DNA of 19,352 bases from Candidatus Tenderia sp. (GTDB taxonomy: Bacteria > Pseudomonadota > Gammaproteobacteria > Tenderiales > Tenderiaceae). Numbering within the stretch: position 1 is the first letter of the stretch; each line of letters begins with the position of its first letter. This document shows, piece by piece, positions 1-9,328 of this stretch. A program made the position numbers and the translations under genes. The stretch covers positions 1 to 19,352 of the forward strand of contig JANOSY010000028.1 in the NCBI GenBank assembly GCA_031416075.1, given 5' to 3'. A model generated the notes under the pieces. That model had not been told where the DNA came from and ran no database searches. It worked only from the letters and a program-made list of their open reading frames with translations.

Positions 1-67
1 TACGACAACAGCGATGAAATTCTTGGCGTTCTTCTTCTGTGAGTGAGATAGCAACGGGGACAGGCAT
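1..67 (-). CDS. IS630-family transposase N-terminus (partial, runs off the window edge)
   Basis: ATG at 67 gives MPVPVAISLTEEERQEFHRCCR, resembling the LTEEER-type start of IS630 HTH regions. Only 22 codons are visible. Confidence 0.6.
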   Translation of the reverse strand, partial: MPVPVAISLTEEERQEFHRCCR

Positions 68-139
68 AGTCAGCGCACCAGAAAATAAGGAAGGAGTAGC
101 GCTATTATATATGATCATACTATTTGTTACAGTACACTA
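1..139 (-). mobile_element. Left end of a probable IS630-family element inserted into the IS4 transposase; continues beyond the window
   Basis: IS4 transposase homology stops at CTAG (137-140). The minus strand then reads TAGTGTACTGTAACAAATAG and leads into a new ORF. TA/CTAG targets are typical of IS630. Confidence 0.6.
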
Positions 140-890
140 GACACCACGCTTCTTGCATCTCTTTTGCCCAGACGCAAACCACCGTCGGTACTGCAAACTC
201 CTCGGCAGTGATCTTCGCGTTGCGTAAGGTTTTCGGGCGGCCTGTCGGTGTCACCCAGTCAGCCGTTTGACGCCGCTCACCATCACTGGTGGTAACCCAG
301 ATATTCTTTTTTAAACGGATGAGATAGTCGAACTTTAGCTCGTCGCGCAGGAATTCAAACAGGCGTGTATCGCCAAATCCACGATCAGCGATTACGGTGA
401 CTTTTACCCCTGCCGGTAGAATCTCATGTAAACGGCTTAATACTTCATCTTCGTAGTCATTGCGGCGTGCTTTCAACGCGCTCTTTTCTACCGTTTTCCA
501 CACCAGCGGGGTTGCGCGGCCGTGATTGGTCAGTAAGTTCAGTGCGATCATGGTGTGGCCATCATCATCAAAATCGGTCCAATCCATGGCCACCATAATC
601 GTTTGACGTTCCGCGATAATATAGGGCACCCAATAGGCGAAGCACGCCCAAACATCCACACCGGCATTGCCTACCAAACGATCTACTTGTTTGATGGCAT
701 GCTTGGTCACCAACCCCTGCGCATGAGCCAGGCCGAGGCCGATGGCCTGTACAGCTAATGAGGTGCTGTTTAATGCCCCCAGCGTGGCATTTGCCAATGA
801 CGCCACACGTTTGGCATGCAGATCGCCTTGAAGAACATCATCAAGAAAGGAATGAACATCGTCTATTCGCCCAATACTCCGCTTCTTCAT
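120..890 (-). pseudogene. IS4-family DDE transposase, interrupted (C-terminal third not in this ORF)
   Basis: Likely start ATG 890 (MKKRSIG). Motifs LHAKRVASLANA, KHAIKQVDRL, VAMDWT (D1) and VIADRGFG (D2) are present. The ORF ends at EAWCLV-YCNK* before the expected YxxRWxIE segment; the last codons come from the inserted element. Confidence 0.85.
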
Positions 891-1005
891 GATTTGCCTT
901 CTCGATAAATGAAGCGCAAGAATGATCATGTTCGCGCATGAAATCAATGGGCTGAAAAAAATTACGGCAATCAGCGGCATATTGAAAAATGAGGGGATCA
1001 CTGAG
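140..1005 (-). mobile_element. IS4-family insertion sequence, left part
   Basis: Transposase plus terminal sequence CTCAGTGATCCCCTCATTTT starting at 1005 (minus strand), exactly where homology of the imm8 fragment begins (1006). Confidence 0.7.
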
Positions 1006-1092
1006 ATAAAGATGTGTAAAGGAAGGGATGTTGATGACGTTTTTCGTAGAGTTGGATTGTTGGGTGACTGGGAATCCGAGTGGGAAATCTAA
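1006..1092 (+). pseudogene. 3' fragment of a second Imm8-like immunity gene, truncated by the IS4 element
   Basis: Translates IKMCKGRDVDDVFRRVGLLGDWESEWEI*, versus IKMCKGRNVDDVYRRVGLLGDWESEWEI* at 12547-12633. 6 mismatches in 87 nt, 4 of them synonymous. Confidence 0.9.
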
Positions 1093-1119
1093 GGAACACG
1101 TCCGGGCGTCTTAGGGGGA
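1006..1119 (+). repeat. Inverted repeat, left copy (partner 12517-12633)
   Basis: Manual alignment to the reverse complement of 12517-12633: the imm8 3' end plus about 27 nt downstream (AACACGTCCGG...GCGT.TTAG.GGGA) with a 3-nt indel. Confidence 0.9.
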
Positions 1120-1883
1120 TGGGGCACCCATATCCACGAGCGCAATACGTACGGTTGGTCAGTTTTCCCTGTAAGTAATAGTTCAGCGACAAGATCTACT
1201 GAAAATATCAACGGTCCGGACGTTGATGCAATGATTTTGTAGGTATGTCCATACACTGTGGCCTCTTCACTGATCACAGAGTCTTTTTGTTCAGGCCCAT
1301 CTAATCGCAACAATCCCTTTAGCGCGTCCGTTGCATAACGCGAGTCAGGCTGCTCCAGAATGGAAAACAGCGTTATATGTGGTTGCAAGCTAACAAACTG
1401 CTCAATGGGCAGCTCCAGCGCCACTGACATATCTACATATGTCCCCCACCTAGCAGTGGCACTTGCTCGGCTTTCCCTGAGGCGTTCTATGACATGCCTA
1501 GCGGGTTCTCCCTCTAGGCGGCTCGTTATTAATTGTTCGAGCCGTACCGGGTCTGTTGAGTTGACATCAACCAATCCGCGCACGTCAGTCACACTGGCCT
1601 CAACTTCTGCTCCATCTATGGTGAGTTTTTCGGGGATTCCGGGAGAATTTAGCCAACGTGAGCGTCGCCCATGCTTGATGAGATCTAGCACTATCATCTC
1701 GACACTTGCCTCAAGCCGAGTCTCCAAGAGTGCCTTCTCTTCGAGCGCCGCAATCTCCACGACATTTCTCCAGGCTGTCGAGAGTGTTATAGCAACGAGC
1801 CCTGCCACTACCATCAGCAGCAGCAGGGCATGCAGCAATATAGCGCCCTTAATGTTAATGCTTGGGGGTAATGGGGCGTGCAC
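1089..1883 (-). CDS. gspK: T2SS minor pseudopilin GspK
   Basis: Class III signal KG|AILLHALLLLMVV lacking Glu+5 (typical of GspK), DVRGLVDVN motif (D..GxxDxN), LQPHITLFS. Last gene of the gsp operon. Confidence 0.85.
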   Translation of the reverse strand: MHAPLPPSINIKGAILLHALLLLMVVAGLVAITLSTAWRNVVEIAALEEKALLETRLEASVEMIVLDLIKHGRRSRWLNSPGIPEKLTIDGAEVEASVTDVRGLVDVNSTDPVRLEQLITSRLEGEPARHVIERLRESRASATARWGTYVDMSVALELPIEQFVSLQPHITLFSILEQPDSRYATDALKGLLRLDGPEQKDSVISEEATVYGHTYKIIASTSGPLIFSVDLVAELLLTGKTDQPYVLRSWIWVPHPPKTPGRVP

Positions 1884-3942
1884 GTTCCGCGGCTTTAGCG
1901 GCTGAATCCATGCCTTCGGCTAGGGCATCGACTACCGCCTGTGTTTCGTCTTGGTTTTTCATAACATGTGGCACCAGCAGTATGATGAGCTCAGATCTGC
2001 GCGTATCTGAAGTGTTGGTGCGAAATATATTACCAATGATCGGAATATCTTTTAGAAATGGGATACCACTAGTTCCCTTACTTCCGTTTTCTCTTATTAA
2101 ACCGCCGAGTGCTACTGTGTTCCCGTCCTTGGTGGAAACCACTGTCTGAATCCGCCGACGTTGGATCGTCGGAGAATCAATGCCCGATGACTTTGTTGGG
2201 GTAACGTCGCTAACCTCCTGTGTGATTAATAGGGTCACATTTCCATTTTCACTTATCCGCGGTGTCACTTCGAGAATGACACCGGTATCTCTCATTTGAA
2301 TCGAATTTACCACGGGTGCCCCCGGGGTACTGGTTGACTGAGATATCTGCGTAACCACCGGCACCTGATCTCCAACCTGTAGACTGGCCTTTTGATTATT
2401 GAGTACTGACAATTTTGGCGAAGATAGTACGCGCACATCCGTTTTTTCGGCAAGAGCATTCAACACCAAACGCGCATCAGCGAGCCCAGAGTAAGCATAA
2501 GAGAATCCTGGAAACTGGGAAGCTGCTCCTCCTGAGTCTTGTGAACTGAGAGTGACCTTGTTTTTTCCAGAATCATAGAACCATTGCACACCGTAACGCA
2601 GGCTATCATTAAGGGAAACCTCCGCCAAGATAGCCTCGATCATGACTTGGCGCGGAAATATATCAATAATCTTCAAGGCATCTTTAATCACACTGAATTT
2701 TTCTTCTTCTCCGTAAAAGATAATAGAGTTAGTGTCCTCTATCGCCACCAAACTACTGGCATCAGTAGGAGTTGCTGGGGCCAGTGACGAAACCACTTCA
2801 GCTGGAAAAGCCGGAAGTGATTCTATTTCTGTTCTTGGTGCGGTGTTTTTTTCAGCCACGATGCCTTCTAAAACTTGGCGTAGCGCAATCACGAGATCTT
2901 TTGCAACACCATGCTGGACGTTGTATACAAACAGTCGTTTCCCAGTTGCTTTTGTTTTATCCAGCCGACGTATCCAGTCCTCTGCATTTTCGAGGTCTGC
3001 TCGATCATCGGCCACTCCTAGAATCGTTTTGATACGTGGGATGGGAATGAGTCGCACACGCCCGTCCATAAAATTCATGGGTGGCTGAAAAACCTGTTTT
3101 AACTCCGCCACCAGTTGTTCGGCATCGAGCTGTTCCAAGTGGTAAACTGCGAGGCTCTTGCCTTCAAGCCAGTTTTTATCGAAGTTATCAACAGCTTGCC
3201 GAACTGATGCGCGTTCCTGACTAGTGCCTGTAACAACAAGAAGCCGATACTGCTCATTTGCCTGCAATATGGTTTCCTTCGGAACAAACGATTCCAAAAT
3301 TCTCAGCATCTCGGTGGCATCAATATAAGTCAGGGGAAAAATCTCGATGGCGTAACCGGGACGAATGACCCCGGTAGGGGTAACCACACTAGTCCCCTTT
3401 ACAAACGTCGATGCTAACTCTTTTGAAACCACCTGGTGCACATCATTTTCAGAAATAATGGCAATCGATAGCGAATTAAGTGCTGTTTCCAAGGCAGAAA
3501 ATAATGCATCTTGATCGACGGGCTTCCCTGTACGAAGCGTAACGCGACCTTGAATATCCGGTTTCACAATATAATTCAGTTTGAGAATGTCTCCCATCAC
3601 TGCATCGACCACTCCTTTTATTTCCGCATCTTGAAAATTCAGATCATATTTTTTCCCTTCAGCAATTTTTGTTACGCCAGCGGCTTCCCCCCCTCCGTTA
3701 GTTGGCAAATATTCGGTTTGTTCTGATGCTGGTCGTTTCGCAATTGAAGTTGATCCAAGGTATTCCACTCGCGGCTTTTGCTCAGGTACTGCCTCTTTGT
3801 CTGGGTCAGCAGTAGACTCGTCAACGCCATTGGTATTTCCATGGGACCGCCAGCCGGCCCCAGATTGGGGAGACAGCTGTATGCCAGATGAACTGCATGC
3901 AGACAGGCAAAACAATATTAATAAATAAGAGAGAGATTTCAT
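1855..3942 (-). CDS. gspD: T2SS secretin GspD with lipoprotein signal (XpsD-like)
   Basis: Lipobox LSA|C, N0 domain (LNFQDAEIKGVVDAVMGDILKLNY), N-domain repeats, secretin motifs QVMIEAILAEV, VLSSPKLSVLNNQKASLQVGDQVP, GIPFLKDIPIIGNIF. Confidence 0.97.
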   Translation of the reverse strand: MKSLSYLLILFCLSACSSSGIQLSPQSGAGWRSHGNTNGVDESTADPDKEAVPEQKPRVEYLGSTSIAKRPASEQTEYLPTNGGGEAAGVTKIAEGKKYDLNFQDAEIKGVVDAVMGDILKLNYIVKPDIQGRVTLRTGKPVDQDALFSALETALNSLSIAIISENDVHQVVSKELASTFVKGTSVVTPTGVIRPGYAIEIFPLTYIDATEMLRILESFVPKETILQANEQYRLLVVTGTSQERASVRQAVDNFDKNWLEGKSLAVYHLEQLDAEQLVAELKQVFQPPMNFMDGRVRLIPIPRIKTILGVADDRADLENAEDWIRRLDKTKATGKRLFVYNVQHGVAKDLVIALRQVLEGIVAEKNTAPRTEIESLPAFPAEVVSSLAPATPTDASSLVAIEDTNSIIFYGEEEKFSVIKDALKIIDIFPRQVMIEAILAEVSLNDSLRYGVQWFYDSGKNKVTLSSQDSGGAASQFPGFSYAYSGLADARLVLNALAEKTDVRVLSSPKLSVLNNQKASLQVGDQVPVVTQISQSTSTPGAPVVNSIQMRDTGVILEVTPRISENGNVTLLITQEVSDVTPTKSSGIDSPTIQRRRIQTVVSTKDGNTVALGGLIRENGSKGTSGIPFLKDIPIIGNIFRTNTSDTRRSELIILLVPHVMKNQDETQAVVDALAEGMDSAAKAAERARPITPKH

Positions 3943-3963
3943 ACGATCAGAGGAGGTAAAAAA

Positions 3964-4488
3964 TCATTTGAAGATAGTCGATGTTGCGACGCTCGCATTA
4001 GGCAGGTGAATTTGTATATCAATTTTAGACTCCAGATGATGTAGGGTCGCATCTTTCGCGCCAATGCGAATAACACGCCAGCCTTCGAAATTACCACCTT
4101 TGGCCAATAGTTGCCGACTCGCGCCACCATTACTTTCGAGCAATGCCCAACTTTGACCATCCTCATCCCTGAGAATACCAGACAGGGTGGGTGATAATGG
4201 GGCTGGAATGGGCTGAACTTCAATCTCATTCTTCGCTCCAGTAGCAGAGGTTGTATTGTCAAACTCAAGCGCTTGCCGGCTACGCCTGAATATTGGTTTG
4301 GACATAATCGCATTATCATCAATAGATGCCACTCTAGGCACGGTCAGCCGTGCCGCTTCTCCAAGCTTAGGCGGCGGAACATTAACGTCAATCTTGTGTG
4401 ACAGGATCATATAGGACACAAGCCCTCCCCCCAATAGCACCACCGCATTGAGAACAACCAACAGGACTGTGCGAGAGACGAGTTTCAT
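3964..4488 (-). CDS. T2SS GspC/XpsN-like inner-membrane protein
   Basis: N-terminal TM helix, PIFRRSRQ motif, C-terminal LSGIL...ALL...EGWRVIRIG HR-like domain. Lies between gspM and gspD as in xps operons. Confidence 0.7.
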   Translation of the reverse strand: MKLVSRTVLLVVLNAVVLLGGGLVSYMILSHKIDVNVPPPKLGEAARLTVPRVASIDDNAIMSKPIFRRSRQALEFDNTTSATGAKNEIEVQPIPAPLSPTLSGILRDEDGQSWALLESNGGASRQLLAKGGNFEGWRVIRIGAKDATLHHLESKIDIQIHLPNASVATSTIFK

Positions 4489-5081
4489 GGCGTTGATTGC
4501 ATCTGTTGTGCTTGTGCTGTGACCGTCCCGAAACTCGATAAACGCATTTCCACGGAGAGCAATGGTCCGGCAGGGTTGTCTTGTCCCGTCTGCGTGGAAT
4601 CAGCTGAACGAACAACCAAGCGCTCAATCACAATAATCGGCTCAGAACGTTCAATTTGCGTAAGTAATGTATAGAAGCTCGCCTCCGATCCAGAGCCTGT
4701 CACATCCAGGGAAACTCTTGTGAGGCTACCCAGCTGGGCTACTGGAGCCGATCGCATTTGATCGAGATTGAATTGGGTCTCGACAAAGGTCTGATTGACG
4801 ATCTCCTGTAAACGGGCTTCTCCAATCGAAGCCGCACCGACCCACATCAACACTGGCGCCAAGGATTTCTCCTCGACCTCGACTTCTGTCGCTAATACCC
4901 CGCGACTGGCAGCCTCACGTTGCTTTGCTTGCACGAGGTCGAAACGGGCGTCATAAAGTTGTTCAACAGCGTCACGTCCCAACACAAACATCGACTGGAA
5001 CAAACCGCCGAGGATGAATAGGGATAAAATAAGCAAGGCCAGCGCCACCAACTGTCTGATACGTGGACTCAGCGCATGCAT
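4485..5081 (-). CDS. gspM: T2SS protein GspM
   Basis: SPRIRQLVALALL TM helix, coiled coil, C-terminal LLTQIERSEPIIVIERLVVR ferredoxin-like motif. Follows gspL with 1-nt overlap. Confidence 0.85.
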   Translation of the reverse strand: MHALSPRIRQLVALALLILSLFILGGLFQSMFVLGRDAVEQLYDARFDLVQAKQREAASRGVLATEVEVEEKSLAPVLMWVGAASIGEARLQEIVNQTFVETQFNLDQMRSAPVAQLGSLTRVSLDVTGSGSEASFYTLLTQIERSEPIIVIERLVVRSADSTQTGQDNPAGPLLSVEMRLSSFGTVTAQAQQMQSTP

Positions 5082-6190
5082 TAGTTTCGCGCTCCAGCAA
5101 TAACGGCGCTAATTTCAAATTGTGGTGGCCCACCCGGATTAACAGCACTCGCGACTACATCAAGCTTGGCATTGGCAAGCAAGTTGCCTTTCTTGAGTTG
5201 TCGTACAGCCGCTGACGGATTAATTGCCTGACCTGCCAGAGAAACTTTTCCATTCGCATATTCCAGCCTGTTCACCCACGCATCAGATGGTAAATGGCTG
5301 GCCGCCTCGTTTATAAGGCTGGTCACCCGAAAGGACGGCAATTGCCCCGCCAACTCCTGGCGGACGGTTTGAACGTGTGATTGTCGTGCCTCCAGCTCGG
5401 TGTGCTTTTTATCCGGGGTATTCAACGTAAAGATCTGACTGCGCGTATCCCGTTCCAACCATTTTGCGGTCAGAATCGTTACAGGAAAATACACCGTGAA
5501 AACAACCACCGCCATGACCAGCAAATAGAGATGCAAGCGTTTTTTCGCTTGTGCCGCTTTCTCCCTTTCTGAAGTATGAAACACATAATCGAGACCTTGT
5601 GAGCCGGGTAATGCATAACCCACCTCATTAACCGATATATCCCATTTGCCAAAGGTGGTTACCATCTCCGCCACAGCCTCCTTGCGAGAGATCACCACAT
5701 TAAGCCGAATATATTCCGGGGATGAAGCATCCTTTCTGGGCCTGACGGCGAAAAAAACATGGGAAGGATCGATGGGCGACTCTGTCAGTAGCCTGTAAGA
5801 CACCGCTTGTCTCAGTTCGCTACGGGCCGCTGTGGGCAACTCATATTCCAGTGGGAGAATGTCTTCTTCCGCCATGGAAACATGAAGCGAGCGTCCTATG
5901 CAGAGCGTCTTCAGCCTTGAGGCAGAGGACTCCAATTGATCCAAGCCGGGAAGATCGACAGTGGCCGGTACATTTGCAGCGGATGATTTATTGTTTGATC
6001 TATCCAGCAATAGCAACGAACATTGTTGCTTGCCAACGCGTAACAAAGCCGGAGGGCTCTTAAACGAATCAAGGCGTCCCAACCAGGGAAACATTGAAGA
6101 GAGTTCCGAAAACCACCAAGACAGGGCTTGCACCGCAAGGTCGCTCGCTTGGGCCAAAAACATACGGCTATTCTTCAAGATGTCCGGCAT
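5081..6190 (-). CDS. gspL: T2SS protein GspL (PilN-domain)
   Basis: LSWWFSEL motif, LPTAARSELRQAVSY..ESP cytoplasmic motif, single TM helix, periplasmic LPSDAWVNRLEY...LAGQA PilN-like domain. Confidence 0.85.
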   Translation of the reverse strand: MPDILKNSRMFLAQASDLAVQALSWWFSELSSMFPWLGRLDSFKSPPALLRVGKQQCSLLLLDRSNNKSSAANVPATVDLPGLDQLESSASRLKTLCIGRSLHVSMAEEDILPLEYELPTAARSELRQAVSYRLLTESPIDPSHVFFAVRPRKDASSPEYIRLNVVISRKEAVAEMVTTFGKWDISVNEVGYALPGSQGLDYVFHTSEREKAAQAKKRLHLYLLVMAVVVFTVYFPVTILTAKWLERDTRSQIFTLNTPDKKHTELEARQSHVQTVRQELAGQLPSFRVTSLINEAASHLPSDAWVNRLEYANGKVSLAGQAINPSAAVRQLKKGNLLANAKLDVVASAVNPGGPPQFEISAVIAGARN

Positions 6191-6816
6191 GTCAGGCTGG
6201 TCCAGTCAAGAATACATTCCCCCGGAACGATGCTACGGGGCCGGACCGCAATCCAGAATGGCGGCTTTTTCCTGCTCGTATACACCCCATGCAGTTCGAC
6301 GAGTTCCGGCGCTACCGCTACTTTCTCCCAGTGACTTTGGGGCTGGTCGTCCAGCGGGCCAAAATATTCGAAGCGCAGGCTCTCTAACCCCTGGAGGAGT
6401 ATCCAACGGTCGCGCAAAGGTGAGGGCGTCGAGTCGGATCCCGGGTTGATTGGATTGATGGACAACACGAGATTGAAGGAGCCATCAGATTGGCGTTCTG
6501 TTGCCAATTTGGCCCTCATGCGCCCCAGCGCGAAAGCAGATTGCGGCGGCATCACGAACATCTCCATTCCTGCTTCAGTCCCTCTTAAACCACCCTCTGC
6601 TTGATTTGGCCCTGCCGCTATACCCGCCTTGAGTGTTCGTGTGATCGCTATATGGGCCAAAGTCTCAATACCAAGCTCTTTATCGGCTGCGGTTGAACGT
6701 TCCCATCCTTCACGAACAGTGATGAGAATCTGCGACAGGCTTGCCAGGAGTAGCGCGCCTACCGCAATCGAAATGAGCACCTCAATCAAACTGAAACCAA
6801 GCTCCGGTTTGCTCAT
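6175..6816 (-). CDS. gspJ: T2SS minor pseudopilin GspJ
   Basis: G|FSLIEVLISIAV class III signal, LRFEYFG and PELVEL C-terminal motifs, size and gene order. Confidence 0.85.
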   Translation of the reverse strand: MSKPELGFSLIEVLISIAVGALLLASLSQILITVREGWERSTAADKELGIETLAHIAITRTLKAGIAAGPNQAEGGLRGTEAGMEMFVMPPQSAFALGRMRAKLATERQSDGSFNLVLSINPINPGSDSTPSPLRDRWILLQGLESLRFEYFGPLDDQPQSHWEKVAVAPELVELHGVYTSRKKPPFWIAVRPRSIVPGECILDWTSLTCRTS

Positions 6817-7220
6817 AGTGATCTCACGCGCTTCAGGTGGAATGCGGTAAGACTGATCATGGGAGAAGTGCCTGGATCGCGTAGAACCTCGACCCCTATT
6901 CGCTCCATCATTAAAGAGGCAGCGCCCCCATTTTTGTCAGCGGGTGTGCCATCGCTCACGGAAACCCGCCAATGCAGACCATTCATGATTCCACTTCGAG
7001 GCAAGTCGTCTCGTCCTGTCAATGCCATAAACTCCTCAAGTTTCGAATGCGCCAGCCCAATGGCTGACATGTGCAAACGTGCATCGGATTGTCGCGATAA
7101 ACTGTCAGATATCGCTGGCAGTCCTATACTCACAACCATTACCGAAATGGCGAGGGCTACCAGCACTTCTATCAAAGAGAAGCCGACCATTTGTCGAAGA
7201 GCCATAGGGTGAAGACCCAT
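6813..7220 (-). CDS. gspI: T2SS minor pseudopilin GspI
   Basis: G|FSLIEVLVALAI class III signal, AHSKLEE motif, 135 aa, position between gspH and gspJ. Confidence 0.85.
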   Translation of the reverse strand: MGLHPMALRQMVGFSLIEVLVALAISVMVVSIGLPAISDSLSRQSDARLHMSAIGLAHSKLEEFMALTGRDDLPRSGIMNGLHWRVSVSDGTPADKNGGAASLMMERIGVEVLRDPGTSPMISLTAFHLKRVRSL

Positions 7221-7226
7221 CTCGCC

Positions 7227-7670
7227 TTACTCCCAACTCATTTGGCCAGTGAACCAGTCCACATCTATATGCTGCTGACGCTCTAATTCGAAGCTGATGC
7301 CCCCTCCCGAAGACGACCCGTCAGGATAGAATACGATGGCATCCTCGCCTGATGAAGATCTGATAGCACTGTTACACTGAAACCTGATCTCTGAAACATT
7401 TTTATGATCCAACAGGTCAGCCAGCTTTTCTTCCAGGGCACGGCAGCCAACTGAGACAGCCGCCCCGGACTGGAAACTTTGCTGTCGTGCATCCTGCAAT
7501 ACTTTGCTCAAGCCAGCACTCAACATAGTGGGACTCTGTCTCCAGTTCGGCAAGGCCTGCGCCCCGATCCAAGCGAGCGCGCCCAGCAATGCCACCACAA
7601 TCAACAGTTCCAGCAAGGAAAAACCACCTTCAACGCGCTTTCCCGGTCCCGACATCGGTGTTTTCGCCAT
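7227..7670 (-). CDS. gspH: T2SS minor pseudopilin GspH (start ATG 7670 or 7655)
   Basis: G|FSLLELLIVVAL class III signal; IVFYPDGSSSGG and VDWFTG motifs typical of GspH/XpsH. Confidence 0.88.
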   Translation of the reverse strand: MAKTPMSGPGKRVEGGFSLLELLIVVALLGALAWIGAQALPNWRQSPTMLSAGLSKVLQDARQQSFQSGAAVSVGCRALEEKLADLLDHKNVSEIRFQCNSAIRSSSGEDAIVFYPDGSSSGGGISFELERQQHIDVDWFTGQMSWE

Positions 7671-8076
7671 CCCCCCCCTCTCGATTGTCTGCACCAAGCG
7701 AATATACCTCCACTACCGTTTCACGACCAGGTATCCGGTAGCGATAGGGGTTTCCCCAAGGGTCAATAAGGTGCTGTGGCTTGCGCACATAAGGTCCGCG
7801 CCAATTACGAACGTCAGACGGTGCCTTCCACAAGGCATTCGGACCCTGCTCCATTGTTGGATAGGCGCCAACATCTATCTTGTAGTAATTCAGTGAAGTC
7901 ATGAGGGTTTCAACCTGCAGCGCGGCAGTGTCCGACTTTGCCCCGGAAAACATATTCATGACCTGAGGTGCGACCACTGCGACAAGCAGCCCCATGATCA
8001 CGATGACCACCAGTAGTTCAAGCAGCGTGAAACCTGAAGCCCTTGTTGCGCAATGAACCTGTGAATGTAAATGCAT
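7630..8076 (-). CDS. gspG: T2SS major pseudopilin GspG
   Basis: G|FTLLELLVVIVIMGLL, YKIDVGAYPT, WRGPY, DPWGNPYRYRIPG, YSLGADNREGGDG. Confidence 0.97.
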   Translation of the reverse strand: MHLHSQVHCATRASGFTLLELLVVIVIMGLLVAVVAPQVMNMFSGAKSDTAALQVETLMTSLNYYKIDVGAYPTMEQGPNALWKAPSDVRNWRGPYVRKPQHLIDPWGNPYRYRIPGRETVVEVYSLGADNREGGDGENTDVGTGKAR

Positions 8077-8104
8077 AATTGTAACTGTTCCAAAAAAGGC
8101 GAGT

Positions 8105-9328
8105 TTACCTCATCGCCAACTGGTTGATGCTCATGATTCCAAGCATCACGCCAGCTACAACCACGCCCACCACCAACCCCAAGAAAGCGATGGCGATGGG
8201 ATTGACGAGTGCCACCAGGCGCTTAATCCGTTGCTCGGACTCAATTTCAAGCAGATATGCTGCCCTCTGGATTGCCCTCCCTAATTCGCCCGTGTGCTCA
8301 CCTACCTCAATGATCGAGAGCGTGGTCTCGGGAATCTTCACTACCAAGCGGAATATACCTGAGACTGAGCCGCCCTCACGCAGTTTCCTTCCCGCGTCTT
8401 CCATTCGCTGAGCAAGTGCTTGGGAAGAGGCCACACTGGCAGATAGGGTGACAGCGCCTGATATTTCGACACCATTTTTAATCAAGGTGCCCATCACGCT
8501 CAATACCTTTGACAGGTCCAGCGAGAGCATAGCCTGCGTCACAGGCAGATAAACCAGTATCTTGTCCGCAGCCGCGCGGCCTGAATTGCTCCGGCGCAGT
8601 GACCAAGCGAGCGCTACTGAAAGCAATATACCGGCGGCCAACCAGATGCCGTGGTGAGTGACGAGATCCGAGAGATACAGCACAAATCGCGTAACCCTCG
8701 GGAGACGATCTTCATCTCCTTCGAAGATAGGTGCGAACTGCGGAATCACAAAACCAAGCATGAAGGCCAAAACGCCTAACACGGTCAACAACACAATAGC
8801 AGGATATAAGAGAGCATTAGCCAACGTGCCCCTCGATGCCACTTCTCTTTGCAGGTAGCGTGTTGCATCAGTGAACGCTTCTGCCATCTGGCCGCTTTGT
8901 TCGGCAGCGCGGACCATCCCCACCAGATAGCTTGGAACCCGTTCTTCCGCCAGTGCCGACGACAGCGCCCCACCTCCACGTACCCGCAGTAACACTTGGC
9001 TCGCCATTTTACCCAGAGCTGACTTGCCGGGCTGGCGACCGATCACACCCAGAGCCTGCTCAACCGTTAACCCCGAGGCGAGCATTTCCGACATTTGCTC
9101 GGCAAACATGGCCATCTCTGAGGCACGCGGACCTTGGCTCCACTGTATGGGCTTTGACAACGCCCCCAACCAGTCAGTCCGCTGCAAGGATATGGAAACA
9201 GGTGTATAGCCTTTCGCCAACAGATCCAAAGCAATATCCCGCTCAGAAAGCGCATCCCTTTCGATATGCTGCCGCTCCCCCGTAGGGCTGATGGCTTCAA
9301 CCGAGAAACGCTTCAGGGCCTGCGACAT
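8105..9328 (-). CDS. gspF: T2SS inner-membrane platform protein GspF
   Basis: Two T2SSF repeats (MLASGLTVEQAL; AAEQSGQM; ALLYPAIVL; FVIPQF; VGEHTGEL), three TM helices, 407 aa. Confidence 0.95.
   Translation of the reverse strand: MSQALKRFSVEAISPTGERQHIERDALSERDIALDLLAKGYTPVSISLQRTDWLGALSKPIQWSQGPRASEMAMFAEQMSEMLASGLTVEQALGVIGRQPGKSALGKMASQVLLRVRGGGALSSALAEERVPSYLVGMVRAAEQSGQMAEAFTDATRYLQREVASRGTLANALLYPAIVLLTVLGVLAFMLGFVIPQFAPIFEGDEDRLPRVTRFVLYLSDLVTHHGIWLAAGILLSVALAWSLRRSNSGRAAADKILVYLPVTQAMLSLDLSKVLSVMGTLIKNGVEISGAVTLSASVASSQALAQRMEDAGRKLREGGSVSGIFRLVVKIPETTLSIIEVGEHTGELGRAIQRAAYLLEIESEQRIKRLVALVNPIAIAFLGLVVGVVVAGVMLGIMSINQLAMR

Noticed and set aside
891-1001. N-terminal extension of the IS4 transposase in the ORF track
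   Set aside because: It starts inside the terminal inverted repeat; ATG 890 is the more plausible start.
998-1192. Similar small ORFs 998-1192 (-) and 12474-12686 (+) as a duplicated gene pair
   Set aside because: They are antisense readings of the imm8 repeat; substitutions are mostly synonymous in the imm8 frame.
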